Shown here: positions 1 through 8,229 of the stretch, piece after piece
How the letters are laid out: every line of letters starts with the position of its first letter
Position numbering within the stretch: the first letter of the stretch is position 1
The notes under the pieces: generated by a model
Seen by the model: the letters and a program-made list of their open reading frames with translations, nothing else
The model's database searches: none
Told to the model about the DNA's origin: nothing
Assembly (NCBI GenBank): GCA_964427275.1
Contig: CAYRSR010000003.1
Coordinates: 168-64,167, forward strand
Direction: 5' to 3'
Length of the DNA: 64,000 bases
From: an uncultured Candidatus Saccharibacteria bacterium
GTDB lineage: Bacteria; Patescibacteriota; Minisyncoccia; UBA6257; CAYRSR01
Made by a program: the position numbers and the translations under genes

Positions 1-432
1 TCCGGCCCAGGTCACAGTTTCCACTGGGATTCTGACACTGGAATGTATAGAGATGATGCAGACCATTTGGGCTTAGCTACTGGGGGTGTTTCCAGAATAT
101 ATATAGATGATTCAGGTAACGTCGGCATCGGGACGGTGAATCCACAAGCGAAGTTGGATGTGAATGGAACTATAAGTGGATTGAGTAATTCCATTGAGTA
201 TAAGACCTGTACCGGTAGTGGTTCGAATGTTGCTTCTTGCACAGCAAATTGTTCGCCAGGATATAAGGTTATCGGAGGTGGATGTGAGGTAACAGGTGGT
301 GGGGACTGGAATCAGGTATATGCTACCAGGCCTACTGCTGACAATGATGGCTGGTTTTGTAAAGTTACTGTAGATTGGGACCATGGTGCCAGTATGGCTT
401 GTAAGGGATATGCCATCTGTATAAGAGAGTAA
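1..432 (+). CDS. 5'-partial tail-fibre-like repeat protein; the ORF is open from position 1 and the listed Met at 43 is internal
   Basis: Frame 1 is open from nt 1. It has a GNVGIGT...KLDVNG repeat typical of phage tail-fibre and CPR surface proteins, and a Cys-rich C-terminus. It ends at TAA 430-432. Confidence 0.4.
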   Translation, partial: SGPGHSFHWDSDTGMYRDDADHLGLATGGVSRIYIDDSGNVGIGTVNPQAKLDVNGTISGLSNSIEYKTCTGSGSNVASCTANCSPGYKVIGGGCEVTGGGDWNQVYATRPTADNDGWFCKVTVDWDHGASMACKGYAICIRE

Positions 433-900
433 TTCATGAGAAAGTTGAGAGAAATAAGAAGTGAGACTGTGATACGCAATACAGGCAATGTCGGCATCGC
501 TCCCACATCTAATTTAGTAGGTGTAGGGGCATCGGCACGACGAATCTAGGAGGCTATAAGTTTTATGTTAATGGTACAGCATATTCTACTGGAGGTTGGC
601 AAAGTTCAGATTTGAGGTTGAAAAATATTATTTCAGGTATTGAGAACCCCGTAGAGAAATTAAAGAAGTTAAGAGGAGTTAAATTTGAGTGGAAAACAGA
701 CAAGCATCCAGAAAAAGGCTTACCTCAAGGTGTCCATTATGGACTAGTTGCTTAGGAAGTAGAAAAAGTGTTTCCTAAGGTGATTGGAGTGGATAACGAA
801 GGATATAAAACATTATTCTACAACGAATTAATTCCTATCTTGATAGAAGTAATAAAGAGGCAGGAAAAAAGAATTGAAGCACTGGAGAAAAAAACTTAAT
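433..900 (+). pseudogene. degenerate continuation of the tail-fibre-like gene: a Peptidase_S74 / intramolecular-chaperone-like domain disrupted by a frameshift and an in-frame TAG
   Basis: Frame 1 continues (NTGNVGIAPT...) to TAG 547-549. Frame 3 from 513 reads GIGTTNLGGYKFYVNGTAYSTGGWQSSDLRLKNIISGIENPVEKLKKLRGVKFEWK...GLVA*EVEKVFPKVIGVDNEGYKTLFYNELIPIL...EALEKKT. The SDLRLK autoproteolysis motif and a GLxAQEVE-like motif are present, with TAG (752-754) where Gln is expected. Confidence 0.4.
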
Positions 901-948
901 CTTAAGCCTGTTAATCTAAGAAAGTAATAAATTTCTTAGCTCTAAGTT

Positions 949-2904
949 CTATCTTATTTCTGCTCCAAATTCTTTTTCTAACATTTCTGAGATTTTTTGA
1001 ACATCCTGATCTACTTCAGATTTAGTTAAAGTTTTATATTTAGATCTGAATACTAATCTAAAGGTTAAACCTCGGTTTTCCATCCCAATTTGAGGACTTA
1101 CATATTCATCAATTAAATCTACATCTCTTAAATTGCTTAGTTTCATTAACTGAATTACCTCTATAATTTTTCCAATCTTGTATTTCTTATTAACCAGAAT
1201 AGATATATCTCTAATTGAAGAAGGATACTTTGGTAATGGCTGAAATGAGATTTCTTCTTTAACTAGCTTTAATAATTTACTTAGATTAATTTGAGCAAAG
1301 GATTGTTGCTTTGACCCAGTTACATAGCCAAGTTTCTGGGAATCTCCCTCAATTTCTAAATAGTCTTGCTTAGGAATTAATAAAAATTTTACTAGTCCAA
1401 CTTTTCTAAGCAGCCAATTAACCAGTCCTTTTAATTCAAAAAAAGGCTGGTCAGTGCCGGCTATAGCTAAGCCAAGTTGCCAGCTTTCTTTGGCTTCTGA
1501 ATTTTCCAGACAGAAAGTTTTGCCAATTTCAAAGATTTTAACCTGTCCAAATTCTTTTAAGTTTTGCTTGATGTTTTTATATAAACCATAGATTAAATCT
1601 GGTCTTAAATAGGCAAATTGTTCGCTTACTGGATTTTGAATTTCAATTGGCTTTTTTGTTTCTGGCGGTTTGATTTTCAAGTCGTTTTTAGAGACAAATG
1701 AATAGTTATAAACTTCATTAAACCCAAGGCTTGTCAGTAAATCTCTTATTTTTTGATTGAATAGAATAATCTCTTCAGTTTTAGGTGTTTGAATGAGTGA
1801 TATCGGCGGCTGAGGCTTTAGATTTTGATAGCCATAAACTCTAATTACTTCTTCAGCTAGATCAGCAAATTCTCTAATATCAATTCTTAAATCTGGAACT
1901 TCTACTTTCAGTGAATTGTTTACTCTTTTAACTTTCATTCCTAGCTTGCTTAGATATTTGCAAATGGTTGAGACGGGTAAAGAAATTCCAATTAATTTTT
2001 CAAATCTCTTGACTGAAAAAGTTAGAATTTTTTTGGATGGACGAACACAGATTTTATCAATTAGTTTTCCAGGCTTAGCTCCAATTTCTCTGAGTAGTTT
2101 ATTAGCCAGACTTAATCCATATTGAGGGAGGTAATAGGATAATTGATGAGAAAATCTATTTGAGGCATCAGTAGATAATCTGATTTTTTTAGATGTTTGA
2201 TGAATATTTACTCTATCAAACCAGGCAGATTCTATAATTATTCTTTTGGTGTTTTTGTCTACTTCTGCTTTCTTGCCACCTTTAATACCTGCAATGACCA
2301 AAGGTTCTTTACTGTCAGCTATTAATAAAACTGATGGGTCTAAATTGATTGTTTCATTTTCCAGAGTAACAATTTTTTCGTTTTGATAAGCTCTTCTGAT
2401 TATAATTTTTTTAACTAGTTGGTTTTTAAATTTTACTGTTTCAATTTTATCGTAATCAAAAACATGTAGCGGCTGGCCTGATAAAATCATAGCATAATTC
2501 ATTAAATCAACTAGATTATTTACAGAATTAAGACCAGCTTGAGCTAAAATATCTCTTAACCATTTTGGAGACTGTTTAACTTTAACGTTTTCAAAATATT
2601 GAGCCATATATCTGCGACATAGTCTTTTATCCTTTACTTCTACTTCAAAATTTCCAAGCTTTTGATTTTTTACTAGATTGATTTTGGGATACTTCCAATT
2701 TAAATCTAGCTTAGCTGAAAGTTCTTGAGCTATTCCGTAATGGGAGGCTAAATCAGAATAACGGTTATGAGGGATTTCTATATCTATAGTTCCATTACCC
2801 AGGCTATTAGCTTCAGCAATATAGAGATTTAAAACTTGGACAAGCTGTTTTTCAGATTTAATTTCAGGAATTATTTTTTTAATTAGTTTATAAGAAAACT
2901 TCAT
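949..2904 (-). CDS. pheT: phenylalanine--tRNA ligase beta subunit
   Basis: 651 aa. The N-terminal MKFSYKLIKK..., B3/4 and B5 regions, and a C-terminal ferredoxin-fold anticodon-binding domain are recognisable. It lies adjacent to pheS. Confidence 0.9.
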   Translation of the reverse strand: MKFSYKLIKKIIPEIKSEKQLVQVLNLYIAEANSLGNGTIDIEIPHNRYSDLASHYGIAQELSAKLDLNWKYPKINLVKNQKLGNFEVEVKDKRLCRRYMAQYFENVKVKQSPKWLRDILAQAGLNSVNNLVDLMNYAMILSGQPLHVFDYDKIETVKFKNQLVKKIIIRRAYQNEKIVTLENETINLDPSVLLIADSKEPLVIAGIKGGKKAEVDKNTKRIIIESAWFDRVNIHQTSKKIRLSTDASNRFSHQLSYYLPQYGLSLANKLLREIGAKPGKLIDKICVRPSKKILTFSVKRFEKLIGISLPVSTICKYLSKLGMKVKRVNNSLKVEVPDLRIDIREFADLAEEVIRVYGYQNLKPQPPISLIQTPKTEEIILFNQKIRDLLTSLGFNEVYNYSFVSKNDLKIKPPETKKPIEIQNPVSEQFAYLRPDLIYGLYKNIKQNLKEFGQVKIFEIGKTFCLENSEAKESWQLGLAIAGTDQPFFELKGLVNWLLRKVGLVKFLLIPKQDYLEIEGDSQKLGYVTGSKQQSFAQINLSKLLKLVKEEISFQPLPKYPSSIRDISILVNKKYKIGKIIEVIQLMKLSNLRDVDLIDEYVSPQIGMENRGLTFRLVFRSKYKTLTKSEVDQDVQKISEMLEKEFGAEIR

Positions 2905-2908
2905 AATT

Positions 2909-3892
2909 TTAGAATTGTTTTATAAATCTTAAATCACCAGAGTAAAACAATCTAATATCTGGAATTTTATATTTGAGCATAGCCATTCTTTCTATTCCCA
3001 AACCAAATGCAAAACCTTGCCATAGTCTGGGGTTGTATTTTACTGCTTTAAATACTCTGGGGTGAACCATTCCTGCTCCCATAATTTCTAGCCAATCTGA
3101 GTTGTCAATCTTAATATCAATTTCAAGACCCGGTTCTACAAATGGAAAATATCCTGGTCGATATCTAATATTTACATCTTTGCCAAAAAACTTCTTTAAA
3201 AACTGTTCAATTATATACTTGAAATTAGCTAAGTTAACCTTTTTTTCTACCATTAGTCCTTCTAACTGGTAAAAGTTTATTTGGTGAGATGCATCAATTG
3301 CTTCATGTCTAAATACTCTTCCTGGAGCAATAATTCGAAACGGGGGTCGGTTTTTTTCCATATATCTTATCTGAACCGGGGAGGTGTGAGTTCGGAGTAG
3401 TAGGTTTTTCGGATTTTTTAACCAGAGAGTATCCCACATATCTCTGGCTGGGTGATCTCGAGGAATATTTAGTGCGTCAAAATTGTGGTATTCATCTTCA
3501 ATTTCTGGACCTTCTGCCACGCTAAAGTTTAAAGAAAGAAAAATTTGCCTAATTTCTCGTTTGGTTTGAGTTAAAATATGAAGATGCCCAGGTTCTACTT
3601 TTTTACCTGGCCTGGTAATATCAAATTCCTGAACTGGACCAATCTTTTTTAATTGTTCGACTTTCCAGTCAAGCGACTTTTGGATTTCCAATTTTAACTG
3701 GTTAGCTAAAGGACCAATTTCTCTTTTTTGTTCTAAGGAAAGTTGTTTAAGTCTTCTCAAAACCTTGGTCAATTTTCCTCTTTTCCTACCTAGGTATTCT
3801 ATTCGAACTTTTTCTAAATCATCAAAGGATTTTATTTGTCTTAATTTTTCTAAAAATTCTTGCTTAAGGTTTTCAATATCTCTTTTTTCCAT
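2909..3892 (-). CDS. pheS: phenylalanine--tRNA ligase alpha subunit
   Basis: 327 aa with class II aaRS motifs (FRIIAPGRVFRHEAIDASH, GLGIERMAML). Confidence 0.92.
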   Translation of the reverse strand: MEKRDIENLKQEFLEKLRQIKSFDDLEKVRIEYLGRKRGKLTKVLRRLKQLSLEQKREIGPLANQLKLEIQKSLDWKVEQLKKIGPVQEFDITRPGKKVEPGHLHILTQTKREIRQIFLSLNFSVAEGPEIEDEYHNFDALNIPRDHPARDMWDTLWLKNPKNLLLRTHTSPVQIRYMEKNRPPFRIIAPGRVFRHEAIDASHQINFYQLEGLMVEKKVNLANFKYIIEQFLKKFFGKDVNIRYRPGYFPFVEPGLEIDIKIDNSDWLEIMGAGMVHPRVFKAVKYNPRLWQGFAFGLGIERMAMLKYKIPDIRLFYSGDLRFIKQF

Positions 3893-3957
3893 GTAAGGAA
3901 TTGAACTGGAGATTTTTAAATTTAGGTTGACGACAGTCTGTCACTATTCAAACTTAG

Positions 3958-4033
3958 CGGACCCGATGGGATTTGAACCCACGATCTCCTCCGTGACAGG
4001 GAGGCGCGATAGACCGGACTACGCTACGGGTCC
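3958..4033 (-). tRNA. tRNA-Asp (GTC)
   Basis: Reverse complement folds as a cloverleaf: acceptor GGACCCG/CGGGTCC, anticodon loop CUGUCAC, T-loop TTCAAAT. Confidence 0.8.
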
Positions 4034-4089
4034 AAACTTCTTTATTTAACGGCTGGTAAAGTTCTCTAGTTTATTACAACGTTGCCTAG

Positions 4090-4160
4090 TGCCAGCAAGA
4101 GGAATCGAACCTCTGTCTAGGGTTTATGAGTCCCTCGTTCTACCATTGAACTATGCTGGC
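4090..4160 (-). tRNA. tRNA with a CAT anticodon (Met, fMet or Ile2-lysidine)
   Basis: Reverse complement is GCCAGCA-TA-GTTCAATGGTAGAAC-G-AGGGA-CUCAUAA-ACCCU...GGTTCGATTCC...TGCTGGC-A. The anticodon stem has three consecutive G-C pairs. Confidence 0.7.
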
Positions 4161-4161
4161 T

Positions 4162-4231
4162 TGCGGGGGCAGGAGTTGAACCTGCTCCTAGAGGTTATGG
4201 GCCTCTCGAGGTAACCGTTCCTCCACCCCGC
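4162..4231 (-). tRNA. second tRNA with a CAT anticodon (Met/fMet/Ile2), carrying C instead of U at position 33
   Basis: Reverse complement is GCGGGGU...GAGG-AACGGTTA-CCTC-G-AGAGG-CCCAUAA-CCUCU...GCAGG-TTCAACT-CCTGC-CCCCGC-A. It sits immediately next to the previous tRNA. Confidence 0.65.
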
Positions 4232-4296
4232 ACTGTTATTATAGAAAATAAAATAAATAAATCAAGGTAAGTCTTTAAGCTAAAAGCTTTGGGGTA

Positions 4297-4302
4297 TATA
4301 AT
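4297..4302 (+). promoter_or_regulatory. -10 box TATAAT, 6 nt upstream of the cca ATG (leaderless-type promoter)
   Basis: TATAAT at 4297-4302 and ATG at 4309. There is no Shine-Dalgarno sequence. Confidence 0.4.
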
Positions 4303-4308
4303 TAAAAT

Positions 4309-5784
4309 ATGCAAGTTCCAAAAGAAGTAATGGAAATTGTTAGAAAGCTTACTCAGGCTGGCTTTGAAGCTTATTTAGTTGGTGGGTGTGTAAGAGATAT
4401 TCTACTAAATAAAAAACCTACTGATTGGGATGTAACTACCAATGCCAGACCAGAAGAGATTCAACAGATTTTTCCAGATAGTACTTATGAAAACAAATTT
4501 GGAACTGTAAGAGTTAAAACCAACTCAAAAGATCCAACATTAAAGGTAGTTGAAGTTACAACTTTTAGGTTGGAAGGGAGATACACTGACCGAAGGCACC
4601 CTGACGTAATAAAATTCGCAGATAATTTAAAAGATGATTTAGTTAGAAGGGATTTTACTGTGAATGCTATGGCTGTGAAAGTTTTTCCTAAGTCAGAGTT
4701 TAAAACTCCAAATATCCAGATTATTGATTTATTCAATGGCCAGGATGATTTGAAGAAAAGGTTAATTAGAGCTGTTGGTGATCCTCAAAAAAGATTTGAA
4801 GAAGATGCCTTAAGGTTGATCAGAGCAGTAAGATTAAGCTGTCAGTTAGAGTTTGAAATTGAAAGAAATACCTATCAGGCTATAGCAAAGCAGGCTAAGC
4901 TAATCTCAATAATTGCCAAAGAGAGAATCAGAGATGAACTAATAAAAATAATCAATACTAAACTTGCTGCTCGTGGGATTAATCAGCTGCACAAACTAGG
5001 GTTGCTAAAATTTATTATTCCAGAGTTAGAAGAAGGAATAAAAGTTGGACCAGCTAAGCATCACATTTATAACGTGTATGAACATTCAATTCGGTCTTTA
5101 GACTATGCAGCTAAAAAGGGTTTTTCTCTGGAGGTAAGATTAGCTGCTTTGTTTCATGATATTGCTAAGCCTAGATGCAAAAGAGGAACTGGAAAAACTG
5201 CTACTTTCTATGGACATGAAGTAGTTGGAGCAAGAATGACCAGAGAAATTCTAACTCGGTTACATTTTCCAAAAAAAATAATTGACAAAGTAGCTCATTT
5301 AGTTAGATACCATCTCTTTTATTATAATGTCGGAGAAGTAACTGAAGCTGGTGTAAGAAGGTTTTTAAGAAGAGTGGGTCCGGAAAATGTTGATGATTTA
5401 ATAAAATTAAGACAAGCTGATAGAATTGGTTCAGGAGTCCCAAAGGCAGTACCTTATCGAATTAGACATCTTTTGTACATGATTGAAAAAGTAAAGCATC
5501 ATCCAATTTCAGTTAAAATGCTCAAAATAGATGGAAATCAAGTAATGAAAATTGCCAAAATTCCACCAGGACCAAAAGTTGGCTGGATTCTGACAATTTT
5601 ACTGGATAGAGTACTTGAGGATCCAAGTAGAAATTGTCGAAAAGTTTTAGAATCAGAGGTTAAAAATTTGATGAAATTGAGTGATGCTAAACTAAAGCAA
5701 ATGGCCAATCAGGCTAAAAAGAGAAAGATGGAGTTTGAAAAAGGTATTGAAATTGGAATGAAAAGAAAGTATTATGTTCGCTAG
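4309..5784 (+). CDS. cca: CCA-adding tRNA nucleotidyltransferase with an HD domain
   Basis: It has the PolyA_pol head (LVGGCVRDILL...DWD), an HD domain (HDIAKP) and a long C-terminal tail. Confidence 0.85.
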   Translation: MQVPKEVMEIVRKLTQAGFEAYLVGGCVRDILLNKKPTDWDVTTNARPEEIQQIFPDSTYENKFGTVRVKTNSKDPTLKVVEVTTFRLEGRYTDRRHPDVIKFADNLKDDLVRRDFTVNAMAVKVFPKSEFKTPNIQIIDLFNGQDDLKKRLIRAVGDPQKRFEEDALRLIRAVRLSCQLEFEIERNTYQAIAKQAKLISIIAKERIRDELIKIINTKLAARGINQLHKLGLLKFIIPELEEGIKVGPAKHHIYNVYEHSIRSLDYAAKKGFSLEVRLAALFHDIAKPRCKRGTGKTATFYGHEVVGARMTREILTRLHFPKKIIDKVAHLVRYHLFYYNVGEVTEAGVRRFLRRVGPENVDDLIKLRQADRIGSGVPKAVPYRIRHLLYMIEKVKHHPISVKMLKIDGNQVMKIAKIPPGPKVGWILTILLDRVLEDPSRNCRKVLESEVKNLMKLSDAKLKQMANQAKKRKMEFEKGIEIGMKRKYYVR

Positions 5785-5816
5785 CATTGGTTTAGGTGAT
5801 TTAAGATTTTAAATTC

Positions 5817-5885
5817 GGAGTGTAGTATAGTGGTAGTACGCAGGCTTCGGGAGTCTGTAGTCTGGGTTCGATTCCCAGCACTCCG
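5817..5885 (+). tRNA. tRNA-Pro (CGG)
   Basis: Acceptor GGAGTGT/GCACTCC, anticodon stem-loop CAGGC-UUCGGGA-GUCUG with G37, T-arm CTGGG-TTCGATT-CCCAG. Confidence 0.75.
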
Positions 5886-5890
5886 AATAA

Positions 5891-5929
5891 AAAACCCCAT
5901 AGATTAAAATCTATGGGGTATTTTTTTAA
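5891..5929. terminator. bidirectional intrinsic terminator
   Basis: Stem CCCCATAGAT / ATCTATGGGG. On the + strand it is followed by TATTTTTTT. On the - strand the T-tract comes from the A-run 5891-5894. It serves cca/tRNA-Pro (+) and the patatin gene (-). Confidence 0.6.
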
Positions 5930-6785
5930 GAAAAAAATCTAAAATTCTTTTAAAAAAGTTCTTGGGGTACTTTATTTCAGAAGGAAACTCAGCTTGTCTT
6001 AAGCTTACTTCTCTTACTCCAGCAGTTACAATCTGCTCAATTTTATCAAATTCGAATAACTTAAAACCTGAAACCTTTGGCTTTAAAACAATGTCAGCAT
6101 TTTTCAGACAAGCTTTTATCAGTTGATGCTGGTAAATAGCAATTAAAGAATCTAGCAGTCTATGACTAAAAGTGTAATCTAAGAGCTTTTTCCAATTAAT
6201 TTTTGGTTCAAGTATCTTTATTATTTTTTCATCACTAGTTACATCTACTGCAACTATAAACTCTGCCCCCATCTTTTTGACCACATCAACTGGAATCGGG
6301 TTTGAGAAGCCACCATCAACTAGCCAGTACTTTCCAATTTTTACCGGACTAAAGATTAGTGGGAGACTCATGCTGGCTTTTATAGCTTTAGCCAAGTTTC
6401 CTTTTTTCAGGACAACCTGTTTTTTGTTTTTAAGGTTAGTGGCAATTGCAGCAAATGGGATTGAACAATTTTCAATTTTAATGCTTCCAATATTTTTGAC
6501 TAACAACCTAGTGATTGTCTTATCTCTGAACTGACGGTTCTTCGAATCGCTATTGTCTAATATCTTACCAAATCCGGGAAAGTTTTTCCGGATAAATAGA
6601 AATAACTTCTTTAAGGATTTAACTTCTTTATTTGCAGCATACCATCCTCCAACTAAAGCTCCCATACTGGTTCCGCAAATAAAACTAATTTTTACACCTA
6701 TTTTCTCTAGTGCCTCAATTACTCCAATATGTGCCAGGGCTCTAGCACCACCACCACTGAGAGCCAATCCAACTTTCTTAGACAT
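5904..6785 (-). CDS. patatin-like phospholipase
   Basis: GLALSGGGARA oxyanion motif, GTSMG lipase serine motif and a DGG catalytic Asp. Confidence 0.75.
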   Translation of the reverse strand: MSKKVGLALSGGGARALAHIGVIEALEKIGVKISFICGTSMGALVGGWYAANKEVKSLKKLFLFIRKNFPGFGKILDNSDSKNRQFRDKTITRLLVKNIGSIKIENCSIPFAAIATNLKNKKQVVLKKGNLAKAIKASMSLPLIFSPVKIGKYWLVDGGFSNPIPVDVVKKMGAEFIVAVDVTSDEKIIKILEPKINWKKLLDYTFSHRLLDSLIAIYQHQLIKACLKNADIVLKPKVSGFKLFEFDKIEQIVTAGVREVSLRQAEFPSEIKYPKNFFKRILDFFLKKIPHRF

Positions 6786-7182
6786 AATCTACCTCCTTCC
6801 TTATTTTTTGTTTTTAAGTAACCTATTAAATTTATACCATGCTTTTTTTAGATTTGTCAAAGGTAAACTGCAAAAGACGAGATACATTTTTGACATCTCC
6901 AAAATGCTAGATATTGGTATAATTAGTGAAAGAAAGGGTCGAAAATCATCAAAAATTAGTCAAAATGCACCTCATCAATATAGCAAAAAGAGTATTTTCA
7001 CAATGGTGAAATTTGTTAAGAGATTTTAGATATTTGCCATTTATCAATTTTCAATTTTCAATTACCCAGAAGAATTTAACTTCAAACTATCTCGCAAGCT
7101 TTAGGATACAAAACTCCTATTGAGATAATCTGTGGAAGGAGTCAATGTCAAAAATGTACTCATCTTGTACAAGTACAAGGGT

Positions 7183-7211
7183 TTGACATTTTTAAAATAA
7201 AATGGTAGAAT
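7183..7211 (+). promoter_or_regulatory. sigma70-type promoter TTGACA-17-TAGAAT that ends 7 nt before the GTG start at 7219
   Basis: TTGACA at 7183-7188 and TAGAAT at 7206-7211. Confidence 0.5.
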
Positions 7212-7218
7212 TTTACCA

Positions 7219-8223
7219 GTGTTAAAGTTAAATTTAAACAATACTTTAAGGAAGCTTGATAAGCTTGCCGATGACTTACTAAATCGGCTTTCTTTAAGAC
7301 AGAGAGAGGTATTAATTAAAAGATTTTCTCTTAAGGGTAAAAAATATACCCTGGAAGAAATTGGAAGGGAATGGGGTGTTACTAGGGAAAGGGTAAGACA
7401 GGTTGAAGCTCAGGCTCTAGATAAAATAAAACCAATTATTTCTGAAAAGGATTTTGCTCAAGTTGATAGCTATCTTGATCAGGTGGGAGGATTGTACCGT
7501 GATGATTTGTTGATGAAAGAATTTGAGTTTTATAGCAATAATGTAAATGCTTCTAAGCTAAGATTTTTATTCCAGGTTAGAGGAAAACCCTACTTTTTTA
7601 AAGAGAACCAAGATTTTTATAGTTTCTGGTATTTAAGTCCTGAAATTAAACAAAAAGCCTTTAATCAGATAAAGGCATTTTTGAAATTTTTCTCTAGTAA
7701 TAAAAAGGACATTTTGGAACGAAAAACTTATATTTCAAGAATTAAAGACTGGCTCACAATCAATTGTCTAAGTATTTCTAAGCACTTTGGAATAAATTCT
7801 TTTGGTGACTTTGGGTTGACCAGCTGGCCAGAAATTAATCCTAAGAGAATTAGGGATCGGTCATATCTGGTTTTAAAAAAGGTTAATAGGCCACTTCATT
7901 TTCAAGAAATCAATAATCTGGTTAATTATTATTTTGGTGAGAATAAATCTTCACCGCAGACGGTTCACAATGAATTAATTAGAGATTCAAGGTTTGTGCT
8001 AGTTGGTCGTGGAATTTATGCGTTAGAAGAGCATGGATACAGGAAAGGAACTCTGAAAGAATTGATAGTTGAAATACTTAAAAAGTATCAGACTATGCCG
8101 GCTGAAAAAATTGTGAAGTTGGTTAAAAAACAAAGATTGTTTCAGGAAAGTAGCATTATTCTAAATCTTCGGGATAGAAAACTATTTAAGAAGCTAGATA
8201 ATAATAAATATACTTTAGCATAG
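7219..8223 (+). CDS. sigma-70 region-4-like HTH protein with a C-terminal domain of unknown function
   Basis: The N-terminus (LSLRQREVLIKRFSL...YTLEEIGREWGVTRERVRQVEAQALDKI) closely resembles RpoD region 4.2. The rest (about 250 aa) has no recognisable motif. Confidence 0.55.
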   Translation: MLKLNLNNTLRKLDKLADDLLNRLSLRQREVLIKRFSLKGKKYTLEEIGREWGVTRERVRQVEAQALDKIKPIISEKDFAQVDSYLDQVGGLYRDDLLMKEFEFYSNNVNASKLRFLFQVRGKPYFFKENQDFYSFWYLSPEIKQKAFNQIKAFLKFFSSNKKDILERKTYISRIKDWLTINCLSISKHFGINSFGDFGLTSWPEINPKRIRDRSYLVLKKVNRPLHFQEINNLVNYYFGENKSSPQTVHNELIRDSRFVLVGRGIYALEEHGYRKGTLKELIVEILKKYQTMPAEKIVKLVKKQRLFQESSIILNLRDRKLFKKLDNNKYTLA

Positions 8224-8229
8224 CGGATT

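Noticed and set aside
752-754. TAG-to-Gln stop-codon recoding
   Set aside because: There is only a single in-frame TAG, it co-occurs with a frameshift in the same gene, and all housekeeping genes use TAG/TAA/TGA as stops. Pseudogenisation is the parsimonious explanation.
6277-7029. ORFs 6277..6534 and 6553..7029 overlapping the patatin gene on the opposite strand
   Set aside because: Shadow ORFs with no motifs and hydrophobic, low-complexity content. The patatin gene explains the region.
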